Positions 1-9,487 of a stretch of 64,000 nt of DNA are shown here, piece by piece. The notes beneath the pieces were generated by a model. The model was not told where the DNA came from and did no database searches. It worked only from the letters and a program-made list of their open reading frames with translations. Origin of the DNA: an uncultured Brevifollis sp. (lineage in GTDB: Bacteria > Verrucomicrobiota > Verrucomicrobiia > Verrucomicrobiales > Verrucomicrobiaceae); assembly GCA_964642905.1 (NCBI GenBank), contig CAZXPU010000002.1, positions 34,154 to 98,153 on the forward strand, read 5' to 3'. How positions within the stretch are numbered: position 1 is the first letter of the stretch; each line of letters starts with the position of its first letter. Position numbers and translations under genes: made by a program.

Positions 1-2
1 AC

Positions 3-905
3 CCGGCCTTTGAGAAGCTCATCCAGGGCAACTCCCCCATCCGCCGCCTGCACACCGGCATGCTCTGGGCAGAGGGCCCCGCCTGGAACGGCTCTGGCAA
101 CTACCTGGTCTGGAGCGACATCCCCAACAATGCCCAGATGCGCTACCTCCCCGAGGACGGCCACGTCTCCGTACTGCGCAACAACTCCGGCAACAGCAAC
201 GGCAACACCTTCGACTGGCAGGGCCGCCAGATCTCCTGCGAACACGCCAGCCGCCGGGTCGTCCGCTATGAACTGGACGGCAAGGTCACCGTGCTCGCCT
301 CGGAGTTTGAGGGCAAACCCCTCAACGCCCCCAACGACGCCGTGGTGCATCCCGATGGCGGCGTCTGGTTCACCGACCCCGGCTACGGCAGCATGATGGA
401 CTATGAGGGCAACAAGGGCGAGCTGCTCATCAAGGAGGCCGTCTATCGCATCGATCCCTCGGGCAAGATCGCCAAGGTCACCGACGACCTCGCCAAGCCT
501 AACGGCCTTTGCTTCAGCCCGGACTACCGCAGGCTCTACATCGTTGACACCGGCGCCCCGAAAAACATCCGTGTCTATGACGTCGAGGACGGCGTGAAGC
601 TTGGCAAGGGCCGCGAATTCACGCCCAACAAGGGCCTGCTCGCCGACAAGGCCGGCAAGGGCAACTCCGACGGCGTCCGCTGCGATGTCGAGGGCAACAT
701 CTGGGCCAGCGCCGGCTGGATCGGCGAAGGCTACGACGGCGTGCATGTCTTCAATCCCGAGGGCCGTCTGATCGGATTCATCCGCCTGCCGGAGACCGTC
801 AGCAACCTATGCTTCGGCGGACCGAAACGGAACCGCCTCTTCATGACCGCCAGCCAGAGCCTGTTCTCGCTCTACGTGAACACCCGCGGCGCCCACTTCT
901 GCTGA
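3..905 (+). CDS. SMP-30/gluconolactonase/LRE family protein (5' truncated by window edge)
   Basis: Frame open from nt 3 (PAFEKLIQGNSPIRRLHTGMLWAEGPAW); family motifs AEGP, APND, KPNGLCFSPD, NSDG, SNLCFGG. Confidence 0.9.
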   Translation, partial: PAFEKLIQGNSPIRRLHTGMLWAEGPAWNGSGNYLVWSDIPNNAQMRYLPEDGHVSVLRNNSGNSNGNTFDWQGRQISCEHASRRVVRYELDGKVTVLASEFEGKPLNAPNDAVVHPDGGVWFTDPGYGSMMDYEGNKGELLIKEAVYRIDPSGKIAKVTDDLAKPNGLCFSPDYRRLYIVDTGAPKNIRVYDVEDGVKLGKGREFTPNKGLLADKAGKGNSDGVRCDVEGNIWASAGWIGEGYDGVHVFNPEGRLIGFIRLPETVSNLCFGGPKRNRLFMTASQSLFSLYVNTRGAHFC

Positions 906-927
906 GCACCGCGCGGTCTCGCCTCGG

Positions 928-2091
928 TCAGCCCGCCGCCAGGGCACGCTCAATGTCGGCCCACAGGTCCTCGACGTGCTCGATGCCGACGGAGAACCGG
1001 ATCAGTCCGTCGGTGATGCCCGCCGCCTCGCGCACCTCCCTGGGAACGGAGGCGTGGGTCATCGTCGCAGGATGACAGACCAGGCTTTCGATGCCGCCCA
1101 GGCTCTCCGCCTGGGTGAACAGGTGCAGCCTGCGGATGAAGGCCAGCGCGCCCTCCTGGCTGTGGCCGAAGTCCGCCAGCATCATGCCGCTGCCGCCGGT
1201 CATCTGGCGCTTCGCCAGCTCATGCTGGGGATGGCTGGGCAGGAAGGGGTAGCGCACCGACTTCACCCGCGGATGGGCTTCCAGACGCGTCGCCAGCTCC
1301 AGGGCGTTGGCATTGTGACGCTCCATGCGCAGGGCTTCGGTCTTCACGCCACGCGAGGTCAGCCAGGTGTCAAACGGGCTCGGCTGCAGGCCCAGCGCCT
1401 TCTGGGCGAAGATCATCTTCTCCTGCCATTCATCCGTGTTGCTGCAAACCGCGCCGCCGAGGGCGTCGGAGTGGCCGTTGGTATACTTCGTCGTGCTCAG
1501 CAGCGACAGGTCGGCCCCCAGGTCGAGCGGCTTCTGCAGCAGGCTGGAGGCGAAGGTGTTGTCCACCACCACCGAGGCGCCCACGCTGTGCGCCACGTCG
1601 GAAAGCGCCCGGATGTCGAGCACCTTGAGCAGCGGGTTGGTGGGGGATTCCAGCCAGAGCAGCGCGGGCTTCAGGCGCTCCACTTCGCCATAATGAGCCG
1701 GGTCGGCGAGGTTTACATAATGGATGTTCACCCCGAACTTGCGCAGCACCCGCTCAAACAGCCGGTAGGTGCAGCCGTAGATGTTCTGCTCGGAGACGAT
1801 CGTGTCCCCGGCCTTCAGGCCGAAGGCGATGGCGGTGATGGCGGACACGCCGCTGGCAAACACCGTGCAGTGCCGGGCGTTCTCCAGGCTCGCCAGCGTG
1901 GTCTGCAGGTTCCTGAAGTTGGGGCTGCCGCTGCGGGTGTAGTCAAAGCTGCCCGGGTTGCCCGTCTCAAAGGTCGAGGTCATGTAGATCGGCGGGATCA
2001 CCGCGCCGGTCTCGCTCCGGTAATCCTGGCCGACGTGGATGGCGCGCGTTTCAAAACGGGCGTCGCGGGGCACGGTGGGGTCGTCTCTCAT
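928..2091 (-). CDS. PLP-dependent Cys/Met metabolism enzyme (cystathionine gamma-synthase/lyase family)
   Basis: FETRAIHVGQ, YTRSGSPN, ESPTNP, VVVDNTF, PLP-lysine motif STTKYTNGHSD, AESLGGIESL; start taken as ATG 2091 (frame open to 2130). Confidence 0.92.
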   Translation of the reverse strand: MRDDPTVPRDARFETRAIHVGQDYRSETGAVIPPIYMTSTFETGNPGSFDYTRSGSPNFRNLQTTLASLENARHCTVFASGVSAITAIAFGLKAGDTIVSEQNIYGCTYRLFERVLRKFGVNIHYVNLADPAHYGEVERLKPALLWLESPTNPLLKVLDIRALSDVAHSVGASVVVDNTFASSLLQKPLDLGADLSLLSTTKYTNGHSDALGGAVCSNTDEWQEKMIFAQKALGLQPSPFDTWLTSRGVKTEALRMERHNANALELATRLEAHPRVKSVRYPFLPSHPQHELAKRQMTGGSGMMLADFGHSQEGALAFIRRLHLFTQAESLGGIESLVCHPATMTHASVPREVREAAGITDGLIRFSVGIEHVEDLWADIERALAAG

Positions 2092-2214
2092 GATGGGCGT
2101 GCATTCAACCATGCCGCCGCAGACATGCAAGGCGGGCGAGCCTCGGCCCCCTGGTTAGGCCGCCGGACCGTCTGCCTCTTGCATTCCCGGGGGCATCGTC
2201 CATCCTCCGCGCCC

Positions 2215-2979
2215 ATGTCCGCCCCCCCTGACACGCGCGAGGTCATCCTGGAAGCCCGCGAGCTCACCCGTGAGTTCGACGGCGTGAAGGCCCTGGACCG
2301 CTTCTCCTTCAAGCTCCATCGCGGCGAGGTGCTGGGTCTGCTCGGGGCCAACGGCGCCGGCAAGACGACCGCCATGAACTGCCTGCTGGGACTCACCCTG
2401 CCCACCAGCGGAGATCTCTTCGCCTTCGGCCTGGCCCTGCATCAGCACCGGATCGAGATCCTCCAGCGCGCCAACTTCTCCTCCGCCTACACCGCCCTGC
2501 CCGGCAACCTGCTGGTCGGCCAGAACCTGCTCGTCTTCGCCAAGATCTACGGCGTGAAGGATCCGCGAAAGAAAATCGCCGAGCTCATGGATCTGCTGGA
2601 GATCTCCCACCTGGCGAAGCGTGTCACCGGCCAGCTCTCCGCCGGTGAGTCCACCCGCGTCAACCTGGTGAAGGCCTTCCTGAACGATCCCGAGCTGCTC
2701 ATGCTGGACGAACCCACCGCCAGCCTTGACCCCGACATCGCCGACAAGGTCCGCAAGGTGGTCCGCAGGGTGCAGCGCGAGCGCAGCATCGGCATCCTCT
2801 ACACCTCCCACAACATGCGTGACATCGAGGAGGTCTGCGACCGGGTCATCTTTCTTCACAAGGGCCGCATCGTCTGTGAAGGCACGCCCTCCGAGATCCT
2901 CTCCCGTTCCAGCAGCGCCTCCCTCGAGGACGTATTCATCAAGATCGCCCGCGACGGCGAGATCGTCGACGAACCATGA
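2215..2979 (+). CDS. ABC transporter ATP-binding subunit (ABC-2 exporter type)
   Basis: Walker A GANGAGKTT, signature LSAGE, Walker B LMLDEPT, H-loop SHNM; real start 2215 lies inside the long 976..2979 ORF. Confidence 0.9.
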   Translation: MSAPPDTREVILEARELTREFDGVKALDRFSFKLHRGEVLGLLGANGAGKTTAMNCLLGLTLPTSGDLFAFGLALHQHRIEILQRANFSSAYTALPGNLLVGQNLLVFAKIYGVKDPRKKIAELMDLLEISHLAKRVTGQLSAGESTRVNLVKAFLNDPELLMLDEPTASLDPDIADKVRKVVRRVQRERSIGILYTSHNMRDIEEVCDRVIFLHKGRIVCEGTPSEILSRSSSASLEDVFIKIARDGEIVDEP

Positions 2980-3773
2980 ACTTCAGCACCATCAGCGCCC
3001 TCGTCCTGCGCTACCTCTTCCTCTACACCCGCACCCCGATGCGCATGGTGGAGCTCGTCTTCTGGCCCGTGGTTGACCTGGTGGTCTGGGGCAACGTCAC
3101 CGTCTTCATCCAGAAGAACACCAACCCCGAGTTCGGCAGCTTCGTGCTCTTCTTCCTCGGCGGCATGATCCTTTGGGACATCATGTTCCGCGCCCAGCAG
3201 GGCGTCGCCATCTCCTTCCTGGAGGACGTCTGGACCCGCAACCTGCTGAACATCTTCGTCGCCCCGGTCCGCACCACGGAATACGTCAGCGCCACCTTCA
3301 TCGTCGGCCTGCTGCGCATCATCGTCACCGCCATCGTCCTCAGCCTCATCTCCTGGTTCGGCTACACCTTCAACGTCTTCTCCCTGAGCTGGTGGCTCAT
3401 CCCCTTCTTCGCCAACCTCATGCTCTTCGGCTGGTCCCTGGGCATGATCTCCACCGCCCTCATCCTGCGCTGGGGCCAGGCCGCCGAATCTCTCGCCTGG
3501 GCCATCCCGTTCTTCTTCCAGCCCGCCGTGGCCGTCTTCTACCGGGTCGAAGACATGCCTGCCTGGTCCCAGCCCATCGCCTGGTGCTTCCCGCCCACCT
3601 ACATCTTTGAAGGCATGCGCGATGTCATGAAGACCGGCTCCATGAACTGGAACTACCTCTGGATCTCCGCAGGCCTGAACCTGCTCTACCTGGCGCTCGC
3701 CGGCTGGCTCTTCCTCTGGATCCTGAACCTGACCCGCAAGCGCGGCCTGCTGACCAAGTTCGCCACCCAGTAA
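2976..3773 (+). CDS. ABC-2 type transporter permease
   Basis: About 6 hydrophobic segments, EDVWTRNLLNIFVAP and PPTYIFEGMR motifs; ATGA overlap with the ATPase. Confidence 0.85.
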   Translation: MNFSTISALVLRYLFLYTRTPMRMVELVFWPVVDLVVWGNVTVFIQKNTNPEFGSFVLFFLGGMILWDIMFRAQQGVAISFLEDVWTRNLLNIFVAPVRTTEYVSATFIVGLLRIIVTAIVLSLISWFGYTFNVFSLSWWLIPFFANLMLFGWSLGMISTALILRWGQAAESLAWAIPFFFQPAVAVFYRVEDMPAWSQPIAWCFPPTYIFEGMRDVMKTGSMNWNYLWISAGLNLLYLALAGWLFLWILNLTRKRGLLTKFATQ

Positions 3774-3882
3774 CGGAAGACTCACTGGCCCGAAGTCTGC
3801 TTCTTGACTCCGCCTTGCCGCGTGCCTTCTTCCCCAGCCCTTCCTTTCCGTGGGGCTGCACCGGCATCCAGCACCTGTTCTC

Positions 3883-4263
3883 ATGGCAAACTACGGCCAG
3901 TACAAGCAGGACAGCTCCGCATCAGGCGGCGGAGGAGGGCAGGCCGTCGTTGAACTCTGCGCACTGACCGGTGACGGAGTCATCTTCTGGTCCCGAAGAC
4001 GTTTTCAAATCGGCACCGAACTCATGCTGCGGCTGAAAAGAGACTCCCTCCCGCCCGGCCTGGCCGCCCCGGTTGCGCCGGAGGATCCCTGGGCCAACGT
4101 GCGGGGTTTTGTGGTGGAATGCACGCGTGAACGCCGCTCCGACGGCTCCCAGGCCTTCAAGGTCGTGCTGCTCCTGGAAAGCGCCCTGGATGTCCCGGCC
4201 GCCCCCGCCCTGCCCTGCATGAACATCGACCTGCCCGGCATCAAGCCACCCGGCCTCAACTGA
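3883..4263 (+). CDS. Hypothetical protein, possibly PilZ-like beta-barrel
   Basis: GC3-biased ORF; pattern LCALTGDGVIFWSRRRFQIGTELMLRL...VRGFVVEC resembles PilZ strands. Confidence 0.55.
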   Translation: MANYGQYKQDSSASGGGGGQAVVELCALTGDGVIFWSRRRFQIGTELMLRLKRDSLPPGLAAPVAPEDPWANVRGFVVECTRERRSDGSQAFKVVLLLESALDVPAAPALPCMNIDLPGIKPPGLN

Positions 4264-4283
4264 ACCCGCCGGACATGCCCTGA

Positions 4284-5159
4284 TCAGGGGGCGTCAATGC
4301 CCGGGGGCATTTCGGAAACCTTGCGGCCGCCTTTTTTCTTCATGTTCCCCTCAGGCTTGGAAGGGTCGAAATAAACGCCCCCGCTGATCATGATCTCCCC
4401 CTTCGGCGTCTGCGCCAGCATCGGCCTTCCGCCATCGTCCTTGTAATAGGACATCTTCTCCAGCGCGCCCTCCGGATTCACCACGGCATGCGCAAAGACA
4501 TGGGGCTGCGCCATGAACAAAACCTGGAGCCGGTTTTTGGCGTCCAGGGTGATCTGTGGATCATGCACCATGCTCAAGGGCCCCAGACGCACGGTGTTGA
4601 GCCGCTCGCCGCTCTTGTCGTCCAGCAGGCGAAAGTAAAGCGAGGTGCTGTCAAAGTCCCTGAAGATGTGCAGCGCATAGCGCCTGGGCTTGCCGGCGTC
4701 CTTCATGCCCTCCGGCACACCAAAGCTGCGCTGCCACATGGGCTTGCTGTCCACAATGCTGAACCTGGCCCGGTTGCTTTCAAAGTAATCCCCCGACTGG
4801 GAATCCAGAACGCGGGCCTTCAGGGCATAGTTGCCAATGTCTCCGGGCGCGTAACCACGCGTCACCGTGACCTTTTGCTGAATGGCAGCCCCGGGCTGCA
4901 TCTGCACAATGTCCGATCCGTCCACCTCCATCTGGGCCAGCGGAGTGCCGTCCGAGGTCGTGATTTCAAAAGAAAGCCAGTCGGCGCGTCCCGGCCCTCC
5001 GAGCACTGCGGTCGTGCCGGTGCGGTTGACGACGGTCACCGTGGCGGTGATGGCCTCCAGCGCCATGAAGTTGGCGCGTGGCAGCTTGATGGAGATGTCA
5101 AACTGCGCCCGGGTGGAGGTGGCGCAAAGACAGGCAAGGATCAGAAAAAGCAGTCGCAT
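4284..5159 (-). CDS. Secreted hypothetical protein (beta-rich)
   Basis: 291 aa ORF with signal peptide MRLLFLILACLCATSTRA-QF. Confidence 0.75.
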   Translation of the reverse strand: MRLLFLILACLCATSTRAQFDISIKLPRANFMALEAITATVTVVNRTGTTAVLGGPGRADWLSFEITTSDGTPLAQMEVDGSDIVQMQPGAAIQQKVTVTRGYAPGDIGNYALKARVLDSQSGDYFESNRARFSIVDSKPMWQRSFGVPEGMKDAGKPRRYALHIFRDFDSTSLYFRLLDDKSGERLNTVRLGPLSMVHDPQITLDAKNRLQVLFMAQPHVFAHAVVNPEGALEKMSYYKDDGGRPMLAQTPKGEIMISGGVYFDPSKPEGNMKKKGGRKVSEMPPGIDAP

Positions 5160-5222
5160 GGCGGGGGGAATGCATACAAACCAGAAAAATGCGGCCTTGG
5201 GAACAGCAAAATGATCCCGCCC

Positions 5223-5408
5223 TCAGTCTGCCAGACCGAATGCCGTGCCCACCACCTCCCCGTCCGACTCCTCAAACAGGATGCGCATCGGCCGGCAGCA
5301 GACTTCGCAGTCATAATCAACGTCGCAGGGAACCTCGGTGAAGTGAGGCGCCGGCACCTCGAACTCCTGAAAGCAGGCGGGACAGGTCACTGGGGTCGTC
5401 TCCATCAT
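5223..5408 (-). CDS. CPXCG-motif cysteine-rich small protein (zinc-ribbon like)
   Basis: CPAC...DYDCEVCCRP pattern; ATGA overlap with the kinase stop. Confidence 0.8.
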   Translation of the reverse strand: MMETTPVTCPACFQEFEVPAPHFTEVPCDVDYDCEVCCRPMRILFEESDGEVVGTAFGLAD

Positions 5409-6817
5409 GCGGACATCTTGGCCAGCCTCCTCTTCCTGCGCTCCAGCACCTGCTTGGCCACGCGCACCAGGTCCTCGCTGTCATAGGGTTTCGGCAGCAC
5501 GTCCGCAAACCCATGGGCGCTTGGCTGGAGCATGGCCGGATCCGAGCGGTTGCCGCTGGAGACAATCGCGTCCACTTCGGGATCCACCTGCCGAAGCAGC
5601 TCCATGGCACGCGCACCCCCCATGCCCAGGGGGATCGTCAGGTCGATCAGCACGAGGTCAAAAGGCTGCCGCGCCATCATCGCCTCGCTGTAGGCCTTCA
5701 CCGTGTCGCTTCCGTCCGCCGTCTCGAGGACCTCATATCCTTCCCTCTTCAGCGTCCGCACCATCAGGTTGCGCAGCAACACATCGTCCTCCAGCAACAG
5801 CACGCGCCCGGCATACGGCTTGGCGGAAGACGCGGGACCCGTGGGCGACTTCATGGCGGACGTCGTTCCCGGCGCCGTCCCGGCTCCGAAAACCGCCGCC
5901 GGAGCGGGCGCGGGAGCCTGCGGAGGGGATGCCAGCGCGTCCAGCAGCTCGCCCTTCAACTCATCGGCCGACCTCTGCCGCTGGTTCCTGTCCGGCTTCA
6001 GGGCACGGGTGATGATCGCGTCCAGCCGGGCGTCACAGGACACCAGGGAGGACGGCGGATGCCAGGCCCCCCGGGGGATCTGGCCGGTCAGCATCTGGTA
6101 AAACATCACCCCCAGCGCATAGATGTCCGCCCGGTGGTCGATCTCCGACTTGGCGTCGTACTGCTCGGGAGCCGCATAATCCGGCGTGCCCATCGCCATG
6201 TTCGTCTGGGTCAGCATCGTCGCCTGGGGATCCACCCGCTTCGCCAGCCCGAAGTCGGCCACCTTGATGCGGCCGTCCTTGGAAAGCAGGATGTTCGCCG
6301 GCTTGATGTCACGATGCACGATGTCCTTGGAATGCGCATAGGACAGGGCGTCACAAACCTTCACCAGGACCTCGGTGGCACGCATCGGCGACAACGGCCC
6401 CGCACTGAGCGACTGATGCAGGTCGATGCCCTCGATGTACTCCATCACATAATACAGGTAGTCCCCGACGATCCCAAAGTCGTACACGCTGACGATGTTC
6501 GGATGGTTCATCTGGGCAAGCGACTGCGCCTCGCGCCGGAAACGCTGCCCGTAGGCATAGTCGGTGCCGTGCTGCCGATGCAGGATCTTGATCGCCACGG
6601 CGCGCTCCAGGTTCAGCTGCCTGCCCCGGTAAACCGCCCCCATGCCGCCCTGCCCGATCATCAGGTCAAACTGGTAGATCCCGCCCGGCATCATCTGCGT
6701 CAGCTCCTGCGGAGTCGGATAGGGCGTCGGCGTCGTCCAGCCGGCAACCCCGTCGGACACCGGCGTCACATGCGCAGGCGGCGTGGTTTTTTTGCCGAAG
6801 GAGAAGAGTCGTCTCAT
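5405..6817 (-). CDS. Hanks-type Ser/Thr protein kinase with C-terminal response-regulator receiver domain
   Basis: GQGGMGAVY, VAIK, HRDIKPAN, DFG, GTPDYAAPE; then REC: LLLEDD, LIDLTIP, VSSG, PKPY. Confidence 0.92.
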   Translation of the reverse strand: MRRLFSFGKKTTPPAHVTPVSDGVAGWTTPTPYPTPQELTQMMPGGIYQFDLMIGQGGMGAVYRGRQLNLERAVAIKILHRQHGTDYAYGQRFRREAQSLAQMNHPNIVSVYDFGIVGDYLYYVMEYIEGIDLHQSLSAGPLSPMRATEVLVKVCDALSYAHSKDIVHRDIKPANILLSKDGRIKVADFGLAKRVDPQATMLTQTNMAMGTPDYAAPEQYDAKSEIDHRADIYALGVMFYQMLTGQIPRGAWHPPSSLVSCDARLDAIITRALKPDRNQRQRSADELKGELLDALASPPQAPAPAPAAVFGAGTAPGTTSAMKSPTGPASSAKPYAGRVLLLEDDVLLRNLMVRTLKREGYEVLETADGSDTVKAYSEAMMARQPFDLVLIDLTIPLGMGGARAMELLRQVDPEVDAIVSSGNRSDPAMLQPSAHGFADVLPKPYDSEDLVRVAKQVLERRKRRLAKMSA

Positions 6818-6895
6818 GGGTGGGTGCCGAAGGCCTTGAATGTCCCGGAGTCCCGCGATGACGCAAGCCTCAATCCTCCGGATCCGTCGCCGGCC

Positions 6896-8482
6896 TTACA
6901 TGGCCGCGTTCGCCGCGCCCGTCGTCGATGCCTGCTGCTCAAACAGCCCCGGCTTAGGCCTGCTCCTGCTGAACAAGGTCCGCAGTTCAGCCATGATCCA
7001 AAGCCGCACCCCCCAGCGCAGGAACATGAAGGCGCTGAAGTTGGGCGAGTAACTCTGGCCGAGCGTGAGGTCCATGCCCGTGTTCCAGGCCCCGTAGGTG
7101 CCTTTCGCCCAGCGCTTCTTCGCCATCGCCACCAGGCGTCGGTTGTAGAAGGTCATGAACTTCGCAAACAGATTGCCGGCCGGCCCGTCATAGGGCAGCC
7201 GAGTCCATTCATAATCCGGGCTGTCATAAACCAGCCGCACCGGCCCGACAAAGTAGGTGCCCAGGTCCATGATGAATGAAATGCGCACCAATTCCGCATC
7301 GCCCAGATAGTGATACTTGCCCTTGTAAAGGCTCTCAAACCAAAGCCGGTAGCTGCGCTTGTACGCACCTTTCAGGTAGGCCACCTCGCCCGACACGTCC
7401 TTGCCCATGACCGCCTTCTTGATCACGTCAGTCACGGCATAAACCGTGTGCCCGCAGTAGTCCAGACCCTGGCTGTAAAGCGGGTCGATGAACCCGGCCG
7501 CATCCCCCACCATCGCCCAGCGGTTGCCGGCCATCTGTTCGGAGTAATAGGGCAGCCCCTTGTAGTAAAAGGTGTCGCCCTCCACCGGCTCCGCCCCTTC
7601 AAACATCAGCCGCCCCACGGGATGCGTCATCAGATGAGCACGCAGCCTCTCGGTCAGGTTCGGCCCCTCGGGCAGGGTGAAGACGCTGCGATCCCAGACC
7701 ACCCCGACGCTGTAGTCGCCGTTGGCCAGCGGAATCAGCCAGACCCACCAGCCGCGCCCCATGAGGTGATTCGTGGCGCTGCTGCGGGAAGCCCGGACAT
7801 TCCGGCTCAGGCAGGGATGCATCTTGCGGCTCTTGTAGCTGTCGAGCGGATTGACGTTCCTGAAACGGCACCAGATGGAGGACGTCGGATGCTCCTCCCC
7901 AAGCGGGCGGTGAATCCCCAGCTTCTTCGCCAGAAACGCCGCCCTGCCCGTGGCGTCGATGACCCAGCGCGCCGTGAACGCCCGTGCCTCGCCTTCCTGC
8001 GTCGTCAGGCTCACCCGATGGTTTTCGTCACCGTCCGCCAGCACGACCTCGCGGATCGTCGCAGGCCGCAGCAGTTCCGCGCCCGCTTCCACCGCCAGGT
8101 CCAGCACATGCTGGTCCAGCAGCGCACGGTCGAGCTGGAAGGTCGGCAGCCGGCTTTGAAACTTCGGCCCCAGCTCCGTGCAGTCCTCCACCCGGTCCTC
8201 CGGACTGCCGCAGAACCACATCCGCAGCCCATGCTTCTGATAATGATGTGCGCTCAGGTACGGGTTCAGGTGCAGCACCCTCGTCAAAAAACAGCCGCCC
8301 ACCTCGGACGTGCTCTCGCCCACCTTCCGGTCAAACTCCCGCGACCTCTCCACCACCAGCACTTTCAGCTCCGGCAGGTCGCGCTTCAGCAAAAGCGCCG
8401 CCGCCGCCCCGCTGAACGCCCCGCCAAGAATGATCACATCGAAGTCGGCTTTGGAAGTGTTCTGGCTGGCGGTGGCGTGCAT
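6896..8482 (-). CDS. Flavin-dependent halogenase-like FAD oxidoreductase
   Basis: DVIILGGAFSG, KVGESTSE, QKHG (putative catalytic Lys), WVWLIP (WxWxIP), GDAAGFIDPLYSQG; start at ATG 8482 inside the 6896..9424 ORF. Confidence 0.8.
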   Translation of the reverse strand: MHATASQNTSKADFDVIILGGAFSGAAAALLLKRDLPELKVLVVERSREFDRKVGESTSEVGGCFLTRVLHLNPYLSAHHYQKHGLRMWFCGSPEDRVEDCTELGPKFQSRLPTFQLDRALLDQHVLDLAVEAGAELLRPATIREVVLADGDENHRVSLTTQEGEARAFTARWVIDATGRAAFLAKKLGIHRPLGEEHPTSSIWCRFRNVNPLDSYKSRKMHPCLSRNVRASRSSATNHLMGRGWWVWLIPLANGDYSVGVVWDRSVFTLPEGPNLTERLRAHLMTHPVGRLMFEGAEPVEGDTFYYKGLPYYSEQMAGNRWAMVGDAAGFIDPLYSQGLDYCGHTVYAVTDVIKKAVMGKDVSGEVAYLKGAYKRSYRLWFESLYKGKYHYLGDAELVRISFIMDLGTYFVGPVRLVYDSPDYEWTRLPYDGPAGNLFAKFMTFYNRRLVAMAKKRWAKGTYGAWNTGMDLTLGQSYSPNFSAFMFLRWGVRLWIMAELRTLFSRSRPKPGLFEQQASTTGAANAAM

Positions 8483-8533
8483 GTTTTGACTCGACTTGAA
8501 CTTGGACAGACAATACGGGCAGAAGGTCCGCCG

Positions 8534-9487
8534 ATGACGCCTGAAATAACCGCCAAAGACTCCATCCCGCAAGTTCCGCCACGGCGGAACACCGGCCTGC
8601 ATGGCGCCTTCTGGACCCGCTGCCTGCTGCGGTTCATGTGTTTTGTACCGACAAAATTGGCCCTCCTCCTCGTCCGGCCCGTCACCCTGGTCATCTACCT
8701 CCTCGCCCCCCCCCAGCGCCAGGCCATCCAGGCCAACCTCCGCGCTCTCCGCCCCGACTTCGGCCCGGTCGAACGCTGGTGGGCCGGCTACCGCGTCTTC
8801 CTCAACTTCGCCCTCACCTACCTCGACCGTCTCTGGTCCATGCACTTCGGCCGGGAAGTGACCTGGGATGTGCCCAACACCGAACGCTTCACCTGCCTGC
8901 GCGACCACCCCGGCGGCGTGCTGATCTTCACCATCCACAGCGGCAACTACGACATCGGCGCCAGCCTCTTCGCCCGCGAGTTCGGACGCCGCCTCCACAC
9001 CGTCCGCGCCCCCGAGCAAACCGAGGAGCTCCAGCGCCTCCGCGAAAAGGAACTGCGCCAGACCGAGCAGGAAAACCCCAGGCTGCGCGTGCACTACAAC
9101 TTCGGCGACAACCACCTCGGCCTCGAGCTCTGCCGCGTCCTCATGGAAGGCGATGCCGTCGCCGTCCAGGGCGACCGCGTGCTCTCCGCCGTCTCCCCCG
9201 TCGCCATGACCTGCGGCGGCCGTGTCTATCAGCTCCCACGCGGCCCGCTCGTGCTGGCGGAAATCTCCCGCGTGCCCTGCTACCCCATCTTCCTCGAACG
9301 CACCGGCTGCCTCCGCTACCGCATCCATGTCGGCGAATGCTTCCACGACGGCACCAACCGCCTGCGCAGCGATGACATCGGCAGGCTCTGGCTGCCTGTG
9401 ATGCATCAGCATCTCCAGGAGCACTGGGACCAGTGGTTCGTCTTCGAACCCCTGGTCAGCCTTCAGGAACCCGGCCCCTCAGCGTGA
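8534..9487 (+). CDS. LpxL/HtrB-like (lipid A lauroyl / lysophospholipid) acyltransferase
   Basis: HSGNYDIG (HxGNWE-like), AVQGDR, FGRGPL-like LPRGPLVLA, QWFVFEP C-terminal motif; start 8534 inside the 7310..9487 ORF. Confidence 0.8.
   Translation: MTPEITAKDSIPQVPPRRNTGLHGAFWTRCLLRFMCFVPTKLALLLVRPVTLVIYLLAPPQRQAIQANLRALRPDFGPVERWWAGYRVFLNFALTYLDRLWSMHFGREVTWDVPNTERFTCLRDHPGGVLIFTIHSGNYDIGASLFAREFGRRLHTVRAPEQTEELQRLREKELRQTEQENPRLRVHYNFGDNHLGLELCRVLMEGDAVAVQGDRVLSAVSPVAMTCGGRVYQLPRGPLVLAEISRVPCYPIFLERTGCLRYRIHVGECFHDGTNRLRSDDIGRLWLPVMHQHLQEHWDQWFVFEPLVSLQEPGPSA

Noticed and set aside
976-2214. Apparent 667 aa N-terminally extended ABC ATPase
   Set aside because: The extension is the antisense shadow of the cystathionine lyase gene; the ATPase starts at 2215
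2092-2214. Possible SAM riboswitch or T-box upstream of the trans-sulfuration gene
   Set aside because: No SAM-I/II or T-box consensus visible; the short complementary segments are not nested
7310-9424. Apparent long overlapping fusions (6896..9424 minus and 7310..9487 plus)
   Set aside because: Each extension is the antisense shadow of the other gene; real genes are 6896-8482 and 8534-9487
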